From contig OZ241841.1 in assembly GCA_965202665.1 (NCBI GenBank), positions 1,088,001 through 1,152,000 on the forward strand: 64,000 bases of DNA, in the 5' to 3' direction. Under the pieces are notes generated by a model. The model saw only the letters and a list, made by a program, of their open reading frames with translations. It made no database searches and had not been told where the DNA came from. Positions 29,228 through 37,602 of the stretch are shown here, piece by piece (position 1 is the first letter of the stretch; every line of letters starts with the position of its first letter). The position numbers and the translations under genes were made by a program. Source of the stretch: Candidatus Spongiisociaceae bacterium (GTDB lineage Bacteria > Actinomycetota > Acidimicrobiia > Spongiisociales > Spongiisociaceae).

Positions 29228-30136
29228 GTGATGACACCCGCCGCCCCATCGGAACGACCGGCCCCCTCCGGGCAGGCGCTGATACCGGGGGGCCGTTTCG
29301 TCATGGGATCGGACCATCACTACCAGGAAGAGGCCCCCGCCCGGGAGGCGGAAGTGGGGCCGTTTCTGATGGACGTCCATCCGGTCACCAACCGGGAGTT
29401 CGCCCGGTTCGCGGACGAAACAGGCTATGCGACCACCGCCGAAACCCCGCCTCCGGCCCACCTGTTTCCCGGAGCGGAAGCCGGGTCGCTGGTGTTCAGG
29501 ATGACCGAGGGCCCGGTCAACTTGGGTGATTACCGCCATTGGTGGGCGTGGACGCCGGGGGCCGACTGGCGGCATCCCGCCGGGCCGGAGACGGATTTGG
29601 ACGGGCTGTGGGATCATCCGGTGGTGCATGTTTCGCATCGGGACGCCGCCGCCTATGCGCGATGGGCGGGGAAAAGCCTTCCCGCCGAAGACGAATGGGA
29701 GTTTGCGGCCCGGGGAGGGTTGCGGGGAGCGGAATTCGCATGGGGCGACCGGGACTTTCAGCAGACCGGCCGCCCGCTGGCCAACACTTGGCAGGGCCGT
29801 TTCCCCTACGAAAACACCGACCCGGACGGGTGGGCCCGCACCAGCCCGGTCGGCTGGTTTCCGCCCAACGGATACGGCCTGTTCGATGTAACCGGCAACG
29901 TGTGGGAATGGACCGCCGACCCCTTTCAGACCTTTCAGACGGAGGTCGGGGAAGGAGGGGCCTGTTGCGCGCCGGGACCGCCGGAGGGGCCGATGATGGT
30001 GATCAAAGGCGGGTCGCATCTGTGCTCCATCCAATACTGTTTCCGCTACCGGCCCGCCGCCCGCCAACCGCAGACCGCCGACACCAGCGCCAGCCACCTG
30101 GGTTTCCGGTGCGTCGTCCGCCCGCCGGGGGAATGA
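29228..30136 (+). CDS. Formylglycine-generating enzyme family protein (SUMF1 / FGE-sulfatase)
   Basis: 'F.MGSD', 'VTNREF..F', 'HPVVHVS..DA.AY..W', 'EWEFAARGG', 'GNVWEW', 'KGGSHLC...YC.RYRPAARQ' with both catalytic Cys, 'HLGFRC'. Confidence 0.9.
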   Translation: MMTPAAPSERPAPSGQALIPGGRFVMGSDHHYQEEAPAREAEVGPFLMDVHPVTNREFARFADETGYATTAETPPPAHLFPGAEAGSLVFRMTEGPVNLGDYRHWWAWTPGADWRHPAGPETDLDGLWDHPVVHVSHRDAAAYARWAGKSLPAEDEWEFAARGGLRGAEFAWGDRDFQQTGRPLANTWQGRFPYENTDPDGWARTSPVGWFPPNGYGLFDVTGNVWEWTADPFQTFQTEVGEGGACCAPGPPEGPMMVIKGGSHLCSIQYCFRYRPAARQPQTADTSASHLGFRCVVRPPGE

Positions 30137-30888
30137 TGGCCGGGCATCGGGCGGTGATGGACCTCACCCGGGAGGAATGGCTGGGGGCGCTGGGAATGGA
30201 GGAGGCCGACATACCGGAGGCGGTGATTATGGAAGGCTCCTGGTGGAGGGAGCAGCGAACCGCCTGGCGGCTGGGATATTTGGAGGAGGTGCGGGAGTTG
30301 GCTTTCCCCGATATGTTCCTGGGGCGTTGGCGGGGGCGGCCGGTGGTTTATTCCTGCGTGTACGGAGCGGCGCGGGCGGTGGAGTTGGCCCACCTGTTCG
30401 GGAAACTGGGAACCCGGCGGATGGTGATGATCGGCACCTGCGGTGGTTTGGACCCGAAACTGGAACCGGGCGACGTGGTGGTTCCGTCGACGGCGGCGGC
30501 CCGGGAGGGGGTGGCCCGCCTGTACGGGGCGGGGGATCTGGTGCGGGCCGATGCGCAAATGGCGGCGCGGGCCCGGGGGCTGCTGGAAGCGGACCGGATA
30601 CGGGTGCGGGACCCGTTGCATCTAACCTGGTATTCCATCTTCGCCCAAAGCGGGGAGATGATCGACGAATGGCGGGAGGCGGGCTACGGGTCGGTGGACA
30701 TGGAAACGGCCACCCTGTACGCGGTAGCCGGCTTCTTCGGTTTTTCCGCCGCGGCACTGCTAGCCGTATGGGACCGGCTGGACGACAACAAAAGTTTCCT
30801 GGACCCGCTCAGCCCCCAACACCAACGGGCCCTGGACAAAGCCAACGCCGCCGTCTACCAAACCGCCCTAGCCATAACCCTGGACTAA
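30133..30888 (+). CDS. Nucleoside phosphorylase family protein (PNP/UDP-1)
   Basis: ATGA coupling to the FGE gene. 'IGTCGGL...GDVVVP', 'EG', 'VDMETA'. Confidence 0.75.
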   Translation: MMAGHRAVMDLTREEWLGALGMEEADIPEAVIMEGSWWREQRTAWRLGYLEEVRELAFPDMFLGRWRGRPVVYSCVYGAARAVELAHLFGKLGTRRMVMIGTCGGLDPKLEPGDVVVPSTAAAREGVARLYGAGDLVRADAQMAARARGLLEADRIRVRDPLHLTWYSIFAQSGEMIDEWREAGYGSVDMETATLYAVAGFFGFSAAALLAVWDRLDDNKSFLDPLSPQHQRALDKANAAVYQTALAITLD

Positions 30889-31204
30889 CCACCCCCTCCA
30901 GTAGCACTCGGCCGGAACGATCGACGCGGCCTGCCCCTCTGATTAATTTGCGGTTCGCCTTTGATGACGGCTCCCCCGTGAATAACGGTTATTTCGTTGT
31001 TTTTGGGAGCCGCCGCCTCGCAATGCTCGCGCACTACGCACTACGCGTACAAAGACAAGGCGCGGGCCGGAGTTTCCTCGTTGCTCGCGAACCAGGAACT
31101 GGGGTAGCCGCGGCAGTTGGCGAAGAGGCGCCCCCGGTGGGACTCCGGCGTGGGCCGCAACCGGGGAAACGAGTTATGTCCGAAAAACGGGGTATGGTGA
31201 CGTT

Positions 31205-31501
31205 ATGTCACTCGTAAACCCAGGAACTGAAATTATGGCCTCTCCCGAAGCCGTAGCCCCCCTGCTCGGCGTGGATCACCCCCTAGACGTCCCCGACCTT
31301 GGAGCGGTGGACAAGGTGGTCATTCTGGAACGGAACGGCCCCCAGACCGTCCCCGGCCATGTTCGAGCCGAAGGGCAAGGCATGTTCGTGGTGGCGGTAA
31401 ACAAAGAGCACCAAGAACCCGCTGAGAACACCATCAGCATGCTGAGTCAGACCAACATGCGAGGAGCGGCGCTCTCCAAATTGGGTATGGCTTTTGCGTA
31501 A
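31205..31501 (+). CDS. Hypothetical protein (98 aa)
   Basis: TATGGT -10 box 6 nt before the ATG (leaderless layout). Shares an 'I.ASP.A.AP.LG' motif with the IS-split gene. Confidence 0.55.
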   Translation: MSLVNPGTEIMASPEAVAPLLGVDHPLDVPDLGAVDKVVILERNGPQTVPGHVRAEGQGMFVVAVNKEHQEPAENTISMLSQTNMRGAALSKLGMAFA

Positions 31502-31596
31502 CCGGAAACCGGAACGCTAGGCCGACGAGGGGAGGATTCGCACCTACCGGATGATGTCGTCCCCGTCAGGCCGGGCCGGAGGATCATGTCCGCCTC

Positions 31597-31938
31597 CTAC
31601 AGCAAACTCTCTTCATCGTCTTCCTCTGAATCGGGGACGTCTTTCCCGGACATTTTTCCAGGCACGGCGCGCAAGGAACGCAGGTTGTCGGAGATTTTGT
31701 GGGAAAGCCGATCCTCCCCCATCTTCCAAACGCCCACTCCCGGATACTCCAGCCTTTGGCCGGGGCTAACAGGAAACAAGTCTTCCAGGGCGAGCCGGAC
31801 GGAATCCACCGGGTCGTGACCCTGGTCGTGGTAGTGGGAGGCCAAGGAACGCAACTTTGGATTGGAGCGCATGAGAGAATCTGCGTTTCTCCCACCCCTG
31901 GTCGATTTCCCGCGTGGTGTATTGCTTCTTCTGGACAT
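31597..31938 (-). CDS. Hypothetical protein (113 aa; basic N-terminus, acidic C-terminus)
   Basis: TATACT -10 box 8 nt upstream of the ATG, with an adjacent 22-bp palindrome. Confidence 0.5.
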   Translation of the reverse strand: MSRRSNTPRGKSTRGGRNADSLMRSNPKLRSLASHYHDQGHDPVDSVRLALEDLFPVSPGQRLEYPGVGVWKMGEDRLSHKISDNLRSLRAVPGKMSGKDVPDSEEDDEESLL

Positions 31939-31956
31939 GGACGCCCAGTATAGCGT

Positions 31957-31978
31957 ATTCCACGCTATAGCGTGGAAT
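31957..31978. promoter_or_regulatory. Perfect 22-bp palindrome, candidate operator
   Basis: ATTCCACGCTATAGCGTGGAAT equals its own reverse complement. Related TATAGC cores lie at about 31949 and 31999. Confidence 0.55.
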
Positions 31979-32343
31979 TGGCCTCTTATGATCCCCGCTA
32001 TAGCAGAGAACTACGCAAAGGCGGCAGTTGGTGAGATCGGTAGACAACGGGGTGGCGGTCGCGCATCACTGAGCAAAATACCCGGCGTCGTCCGAACGCC
32101 CCTTTGTCGGGAACGGACGCGCAGGCCGGATTCCATCGCCCGCAAAGGGCAAACTTCATATTCTTAGGTGAACTAGCTCGACGCGGCGGCGGTTACCAGT
32201 GCGCGCGTTACCCAGCGAGGGCGAGTAGAAGTCAGCGGGGGGAAGAAAAAGGAACATTGCGTATAATGAAAGGTCATGCTGATCAATCGGAATAAGCGGA
32301 GGTCGGTCGTCTCCAAGTTGGCCTCCATGGCGAAAGGCCTAGA

Positions 32344-33419
32344 TGTACATGGCCAGTAGGTTGGTTACAGTCTGGAGGTTGGTGGTTTGCCTCCGAGGCT
32401 GTAGTGGGGTCGGTGGTTATTGTAGTAGTGGAGCCAGTGGCGGAGGGCTTGGTTTCGGGTTTGGTTGTCGGGCCAGGGTTGGGAGTTGGCCCATTCTCGT
32501 TTGAGGGTTTGGTTGTATCGTTCCACTTTGCCGTTCTGCTGGGGATGATACGGTTTGATCGTGATATGACGGATGTCGTGTTGGGCGAGCAGGGAAGCGA
32601 ACGCTCGGCTGCGGGTGTAGCTCCAGTGGTTGTCGGTCATGATCTCCGCGATGTGGGTGACGCCCAGTTGGCGGAAGTAGTGGAGGGCGCGGGCGGTGAA
32701 CGCGGCGACGGTGGTTCCCTTCTCGTCCGGCAACGGCTCGGTGTAGGCGAGACGGGTGTAGTCGTCCACTATGGAGTGCACAAAGGTCCATCCCGCTCCC
32801 CCGGCGGGGGCGTTGCCCCGGCCGTGTACCTTCCATCCCCCGCCGGGCGGTATGGAAGAAAGCTTCTTAACATCCATATGCAGCAACTCCCCCGGCCTGT
32901 CCCGTTCATACCGCACCACCGGCCCGGGAGGAGTTTTGAGCGGTTCGCCAGTCAGCTGGTCGCATTCCCACAGACGCAACATCCCGTGGCGGCGGAGGAT
33001 GCGGCTGATCGTCCGCTCCGGCACCCCCGTAAACGCCGACAACCGAGCGGGGCCCGCCCGCAACCGCCGCCGCGCCCGCAGCACCAGCTCTTCCACCTCC
33101 GGGCTGGTACGCATAGGGGAGCAGCGCGGCCGAGACGACCGATCCTCCAAACCGGCCTCGCCTTCCTCCCGGTAACGGCGCACCCACTTGGACACGCACT
33201 GCCGAGACATCCCCATCCCCCGAGCCACCCGCGCCACCGGCTCTCCTTCTTCTATCACCCGCAACACCATCCCCAAACGTCCCAAAGGCGACGACCTCGC
33301 GTTACCATGCATCCCTGAAGACCTCCTCCCGTGCTATAGGGTGCTTTCACTCCCCATAACACCAGGAGGTCTTCACTTATGCAACAACCAAACCGTCACC
33401 AACGTCCTGGCCAAGTACA
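32344..33419 (-). mobile_element. IS481-family insertion sequence, 1076 bp, apparently intact
   Basis: Ends TGT...ACA. TIRs TGTACATGGCCAGTAGGTTGGT vs TGTACTTGGCCAGGACGTTGGT (19/22). 6-bp target duplication CCTAGA at 32338-32343 and 33420-33425. A 12-bp IR (33316-33327 / 33364-33375) covers the transposase RBS. Confidence 0.95.
32365..33312 (-). CDS. IS481-family DDE transposase
   Basis: MHGNAR start, HTH region, 'LEDRSSRP..SP', 'PGELLHMDVKKL', 'VDDYTR', 'MTDN', 'PQQNGKVERYNQTL..EW', 'YN..RPH'. Confidence 0.96.
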   Translation of the reverse strand: MHGNARSSPLGRLGMVLRVIEEGEPVARVARGMGMSRQCVSKWVRRYREEGEAGLEDRSSRPRCSPMRTSPEVEELVLRARRRLRAGPARLSAFTGVPERTISRILRRHGMLRLWECDQLTGEPLKTPPGPVVRYERDRPGELLHMDVKKLSSIPPGGGWKVHGRGNAPAGGAGWTFVHSIVDDYTRLAYTEPLPDEKGTTVAAFTARALHYFRQLGVTHIAEIMTDNHWSYTRSRAFASLLAQHDIRHITIKPYHPQQNGKVERYNQTLKREWANSQPWPDNQTRNQALRHWLHYYNNHRPHYSLGGKPPTSRL

Positions 33420-33767
33420 CCTAGATTACAGACGACCGATCATCGCCTCCCCTGACGCCCTTGCGCCTACGCTCGGCGCGGGCCCCGCCGATTACCCGAT
33501 TGAAGATTATCGGCGCGGTTTCCGGAGCGGCCTGGAGGCCGGGATGCGCATCGGCCACTCCGGCGGACGCGGCTATGAGCAGGTAGCCGTCCAGCAGGCC
33601 ATCGAGGCCCACATCCGGGCCGCCGAGAACAGGGGCGATGCGGAAGCGGCCCGCGTCCTCCGCAACCTGGCCTCCCAACTCCCCGACCCCCGCCGCTCCT
33701 TGAGGGTGGTTTCCTGATGGCGCACAGAACACTTACAACGTCCATCTCGCCGACCTACTCCGCGCCC

Positions 33768-33924
33768 AAAGCCCTATCATCCACATCAGAACGGCAAAGT
33801 AGAGCGATACAACCAAGCCCTCAACTCAAATGGGCCAACTAGCAACCGGCCAGATAAACCAACCCCAAACCAAGCCCTCAAACACTGGCTCCGCTACCAC
33901 AACAACCACCGACCCCGCTACAGC
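33768..33924 (+). pseudogene. Degenerate 3' fragment of an IS481 transposase, inverted relative to the intact copy
   Basis: Translates KPYHPHQNGKVERYNQAL, then after frameshifts NQALKHWLRYHNNHRPRYS, which matches the C-terminus of the intact transposase. Confidence 0.85.
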
Positions 33925-33964
33925 TAACGGAGGATATGCGGGTATGACGGCGGCTGGTCGCCTA

Positions 33965-34432
33965 TTAGCCGCTCATCCCGTCCGCTAAACCTTGTAGCAT
34001 CTTCGCGGTTTCCCGGTTGATATCTGCCGCGCGCCGGTTATCCAGTGCCGCTATCCGATTGTCAGCGACCATATCCCCGATCTGCCGCATCGCTTTCACG
34101 ATCGTCTTGATTACCTCCCGATTCATTGCCGCCGCCTCCCGATTCATTGCCGCCGCCACCCGATTCATTGCCGCCGCCACCCGGTTATCCGCCGCCGCCA
34201 CCCCGTTATCCGCCGCCGCCACCCCGTTATCCGCCGCCGCCACCCCGTTATCCGCCGCCGCCACCCCGTTATCCGCCGCCGCGTCCCCCAACGTTTCCGC
34301 TATGTCCACCGCTGCCTGGGTCAGCGACGCGGTGGCGGCTACCATCCGTTCCACCGTCGAAGCCATCGCCTCCACCAACGCCGTTGCCGCTTCCGTCCAG
34401 CCGGGTTGGGTTCCGTTGCTATCTGCCATCAT
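33965..34432 (-). CDS. Ala-rich heptad-repeat coiled-coil protein
   Basis: Repeats (AADNGVA)x4, AADNRVA and (AAMNR[V/E])x3. Likely start is MMADSNGTQP at 34432. Confidence 0.7.
   Translation of the reverse strand: MMADSNGTQPGWTEAATALVEAMASTVERMVAATASLTQAAVDIAETLGDAAADNGVAAADNGVAAADNGVAAADNGVAAADNRVAAAMNRVAAAMNREAAAMNREVIKTIVKAMRQIGDMVADNRIAALDNRRAADINRETAKMLQGLADGMSG
34117..34282. repeat. 21-bp tandem repeat, about 8 units
   Basis: CCCGATTCATTGCCGCCGCC(T/A) x3, then CCC(G/C)GTTATCCGCCGCCGCCA x5 (the last is partial). Confidence 0.92.
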
Positions 34433-34824
34433 CCCTACTCTGTTGCTGTCTGGTTGGTTCCGGAGCCCACGAACGCTTCGCAACCGAAACCTTTTGTCCT
34501 TGTTCGCCGAGGCTATCCGGGTTCAGGGTCGGCGGGATTCTATCCCTGCCGTCGTCATCGTAGAACATTAGCCAACTCGGCGACGATGGCGGCAGTCAAC
34601 GGGCGGTCGCTCGCGCAGGATGAAACGACCGGGCTACGGACGATATTCCCCGCCGAATAATTCCCCGCCGGAGGGGGCGGTTCGTTTTCCGCGATTTTGG
34701 GCTTGGGTTTTTGTCATAGGGGGATGTTACCTTGCTCAATATGACGCAAAAAAGGCTAATTCGCTGGAAACGGGCTCTGCTTCGGGTATGGCGGAGCGTT
34801 CGGGAATCCGCCCGCCTGCGGCGG

Positions 34825-36792
34825 TCAGACGGCGCCGGGGTGGCCTCCGTCGATGGGGATTTGGGCGGCGGTGGTGGCGGGGAAGGCGTCTCCGCACACT
34901 TCCGCCACCGCCCGCGCCACGTCGGCGGCGGTTATTTCCCGTCCCAGGAGATTTCGGGTTTTGTACCGCTCCGGCGTCATCCCGTATTCGGCGGCGCGGG
35001 CGGCCAGCAACTCCTCCGTCCACAGGCCGGTGTCGAACACCGCGTCGGGATGGAAAATATTCACCCGGATTCCGTCCGCCGCCCATTCCAAAGCGGCCAC
35101 CCGGGCCAGTTGCGTGAGGGCGGCCTTGGAGGCCGAATAGGCGGCCGCCCCCCGGCCGGGGGCGGACACGTTGCGGGAACCGATCACCGCCACCCGGCCC
35201 CCGATCGGGGAGAGCGCCAACAGGGGATGCGCCTCGGCCAACAGGTCGGCCACCGCCCCCGCGTTAACCTCCATCACCGCCCGCCGTTGCGCAACGTCCA
35301 ACCCGGCCACCGGAGCGGAGGTTCCGAACGTCCCGGCCGCCGCCACAACCATATCCACCCCGCCGAACCGCTCCACCGCCGCATCCAAAGCCCGGCTCTG
35401 CGCGGCCCGGTCGGTCACGTCCGCCGCCAAACCCAGCCAGGCCTCCCCGGCGAAAGCCTCCCGCACCGAACTGTCGCGGTCCAAACCGGTCACCGCGCAC
35501 CCCCGCTTCAGCAATTCGGCGGCGCAGGCCTTTCCGATGCCGGAAGCGGCCCCGGTCACCACCGCCGCCGCCCCCGCCAACGGCGGCGGTTCCCCGGCCC
35601 GGCGCAACTTGGCTTGCTCCAAATCCCAATATTCCACTTGGAAAAGATCGCCCGGGGACAACGGAACGTAGCCGCCCAGATGATCCTCCGCCCGTTCCAA
35701 CACCGGCATGGTGCGCAGGTAAATGTCGGCTGCTACGGCGGCCGCCCCCGCCGTCTCCCCCGCCGTCAGCATCCCCATCTCCCGGTCCAAAACCACCCGG
35801 GGGGCGGGATCCAGCATCACCGGCTCGGTGCGGGCCCGGCTCCGCCAGGCGGTGAAATAGTCCCGGTAGGCGGCGGCGAAGGCCTCCACGTCCCGCCCGA
35901 CCATCGGATGGGGTTTGGTGCGGATCACATGATCGGGGGTGAGCGGCCCGCGGCGGGCCAGATCCTCCAGGTCGGGGCGGGAAACGAAGCGTGCCGTCCC
36001 CGCATCGGCGCGGCGGCGCACCACCATCGCCCGGCCCGCCGCTTGGGAAATCCGCAACCTCAGGTCGGCCAGCTCGGTTCGGGGAACAGGCGGCAGGGCC
36101 CGCCCCGCGGCCACCGCGACCGGGGCGGCCCGCTCCAGCCACTCTTCAGCCCGGGTGATCAGGCGGATGTGCCGCCGGTAAGCGGTGCGGGCGTCGGGGC
36201 CGAAAGTGAACAGGCCGTGGTTGAGCAGGACCAAACCGGTGATGTCCGCCGGAACCTCCGGCCACATGCGGGCCGTTTCTTTGGCCAGGTCGAAGCCGGG
36301 CATCACATAGGGGACGATCGCCGTCGCCTCCCCGAACACTTCCTTCGCCAGGCCGGCCCCATCGGGGGTGTTGGTCAAAGTCACTACGGCGTCGGCGTGG
36401 CTGTGCAGCACCGCCGGGTGGGGCAACAGGGCGTGCAACAAGGTCTCCACCGACGGCTCCGGGGCGGATGGGTCCAGCCGGGCGGCGGACAACTCCCGCA
36501 TCATCTCCGCGTCCGACAGCGAATCCAGCTCCAGCAGCTCCGCCAGGCGCTCCAAAGGAAGCGGGGCGAACCCCTCTTTTTCAATAGTCGCCAAATCCCA
36601 CCCGGACCCTTTTACGTACAAGGCGTCTATCAACCGGCCGGTGATGTCGGCGAAAGGGGCTTTGACCGAGGTGTTGCCCCCGCCGTGCAACACCAGGCCG
36701 GGCTCGGAACCCAAAAGGCGAGACCCGTATACGCATTCCCCCAACGGCCCGGCGAAAGCGGCCGCCTCCTCCCCGCTCCAACGGTCCTCCAT
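34825..36792 (-). CDS. Bifunctional class II aldolase / short-chain dehydrogenase (RhaEW/RhaD-like fusion)
   Basis: 'LVLHGGGNTSVK', 'VKGSGWDL', 'PSVETLLH', 'HSHAD', 'NHGL', 'TPDHVIRTK', 'EYWDLEQAKL', then SDR 'VTGAASGIG' and 'YSASK'. Confidence 0.9.
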   Translation of the reverse strand: MEDRWSGEEAAAFAGPLGECVYGSRLLGSEPGLVLHGGGNTSVKAPFADITGRLIDALYVKGSGWDLATIEKEGFAPLPLERLAELLELDSLSDAEMMRELSAARLDPSAPEPSVETLLHALLPHPAVLHSHADAVVTLTNTPDGAGLAKEVFGEATAIVPYVMPGFDLAKETARMWPEVPADITGLVLLNHGLFTFGPDARTAYRRHIRLITRAEEWLERAAPVAVAAGRALPPVPRTELADLRLRISQAAGRAMVVRRRADAGTARFVSRPDLEDLARRGPLTPDHVIRTKPHPMVGRDVEAFAAAYRDYFTAWRSRARTEPVMLDPAPRVVLDREMGMLTAGETAGAAAVAADIYLRTMPVLERAEDHLGGYVPLSPGDLFQVEYWDLEQAKLRRAGEPPPLAGAAAVVTGAASGIGKACAAELLKRGCAVTGLDRDSSVREAFAGEAWLGLAADVTDRAAQSRALDAAVERFGGVDMVVAAAGTFGTSAPVAGLDVAQRRAVMEVNAGAVADLLAEAHPLLALSPIGGRVAVIGSRNVSAPGRGAAAYSASKAALTQLARVAALEWAADGIRVNIFHPDAVFDTGLWTEELLAARAAEYGMTPERYKTRNLLGREITAADVARAVAEVCGDAFPATTAAQIPIDGGHPGAV

Positions 36793-36822
36793 CAGTTCCC
36801 TCCCAGCTCCTGCCCAGCGCCC

Positions 36823-37596
36823 CTAATAAGGGGTGTCGCCGCCGTCCACGCTGATGGCCTGCCCCCGGATGATCAACGCATCGTCGGACAGCAGAAACGC
36901 CGCCACCCGGCCCACTTCCACCGGTTCCACCCGGCGGCCCAGCTGGGCGGGCCCCATCCCGGCCAGCAGTTGGGCGGCGGGGGTTTCCAACCGGGGGGAC
37001 AGCCACTCCGCCACTCCGGCCAGCATCGGCGTGTCCACCCCGCCCGGACACAACGCGTTGACGTTGATCCCGTCCGCCGCCCATTCCATGGCCAACGACC
37101 GGGTCAACCCGATCACCGCCGCCTTGGACGAGTTGTAGGCGGCCATATTCGGATATCCGGCCTTGCCGCAGTTGGAGGCCACGTTGACGATCGCCCCCCC
37201 GCCCGTCTCCCGCAAACGGCGGCCCACCGCCCGGGCGGTCAGGAACGTTCCGGTCACGTTGATGTCAAAGGTGCGTGTCCAATCATCCGGGCGGGAATCC
37301 CACGCCTCATCCAGAAAAACCGCCCCGGCCGCGTTGACCGCCCCGTCCAGGCGGCCGAAGCGGGAGGCGGTTTCCGCCGCCGCCCGCTCCGCTTGTTCGG
37401 GATCGGCGACGTCGCACGCCAAACCCCAAGCGGAATCCCCCGACGGGTCCAAACGCCGGGCCGCGTCCTGCGCCGCCCCCCCGTCCAAGTCGGCCAACGC
37501 CGCCCGGCCCCCTTCTTCCAGAACGGCCCGCGCGGTCCCGGCGCCGATGCCGCCCGCCCCGCCGGTAATCAGATAGACGCGGTCCCGCAGGCGCAT
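36823..37596 (-). CDS. SDR family oxidoreductase
   Basis: 'ITGGAGGIG', 'VNAAG', 'YNSSK', 'NALCPGGVDT'. Confidence 0.92.
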   Translation of the reverse strand: MRLRDRVYLITGGAGGIGAGTARAVLEEGGRAALADLDGGAAQDAARRLDPSGDSAWGLACDVADPEQAERAAAETASRFGRLDGAVNAAGAVFLDEAWDSRPDDWTRTFDINVTGTFLTARAVGRRLRETGGGAIVNVASNCGKAGYPNMAAYNSSKAAVIGLTRSLAMEWAADGINVNALCPGGVDTPMLAGVAEWLSPRLETPAAQLLAGMGPAQLGRRVEPVEVGRVAAFLLSDDALIIRGQAISVDGGDTPY

Positions 37597-37602
37597 GGGC
37601 CC

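Larger units (their letters stand above)
32276..33717 (+). pseudogene. Orphan gene interrupted by IS481
   Basis: Removing the IS and one CCTAGA copy joins 32276-32343 to 33426-33717 in frame: MLINRNKRRSVVSKLASMAKGLDYRRPIIASPDALAPTLG..., 119 aa. TATAAT at 32262-32267. Confidence 0.75.

Noticed and set aside
31519-31573. tRNA T-arm-like AGGTGCGAATCCT on the minus strand within a hairpin
   Set aside because: No cloverleaf, anticodon arm or CCA end. It is better explained as a hairpin between convergent genes.
34117-34282. Regular short repeats that might be CRISPR arrays (also 44323-44547 and 51779-52093)
   Set aside because: They are contiguous 21-bp tandem units with no unique spacers, lie in frame within ORFs, and have no cas genes nearby.
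34126-34563. Pro-rich (PPPPPRY)n ORF on the plus strand, and Arg-rich alternative frames at 51674-52615 and 51721-52026
   Set aside because: These are alternative readings of the same tandem repeats. The minus-strand heptad frames have plausible starts, promoters and non-repeat flanks.
34825-36792. Calling the region a rhamnose utilisation operon
   Set aside because: No rhamnose isomerase, rhamnulokinase, mutarotase or sugar-type binding protein is in the window, and the neighbours point to nucleosides.
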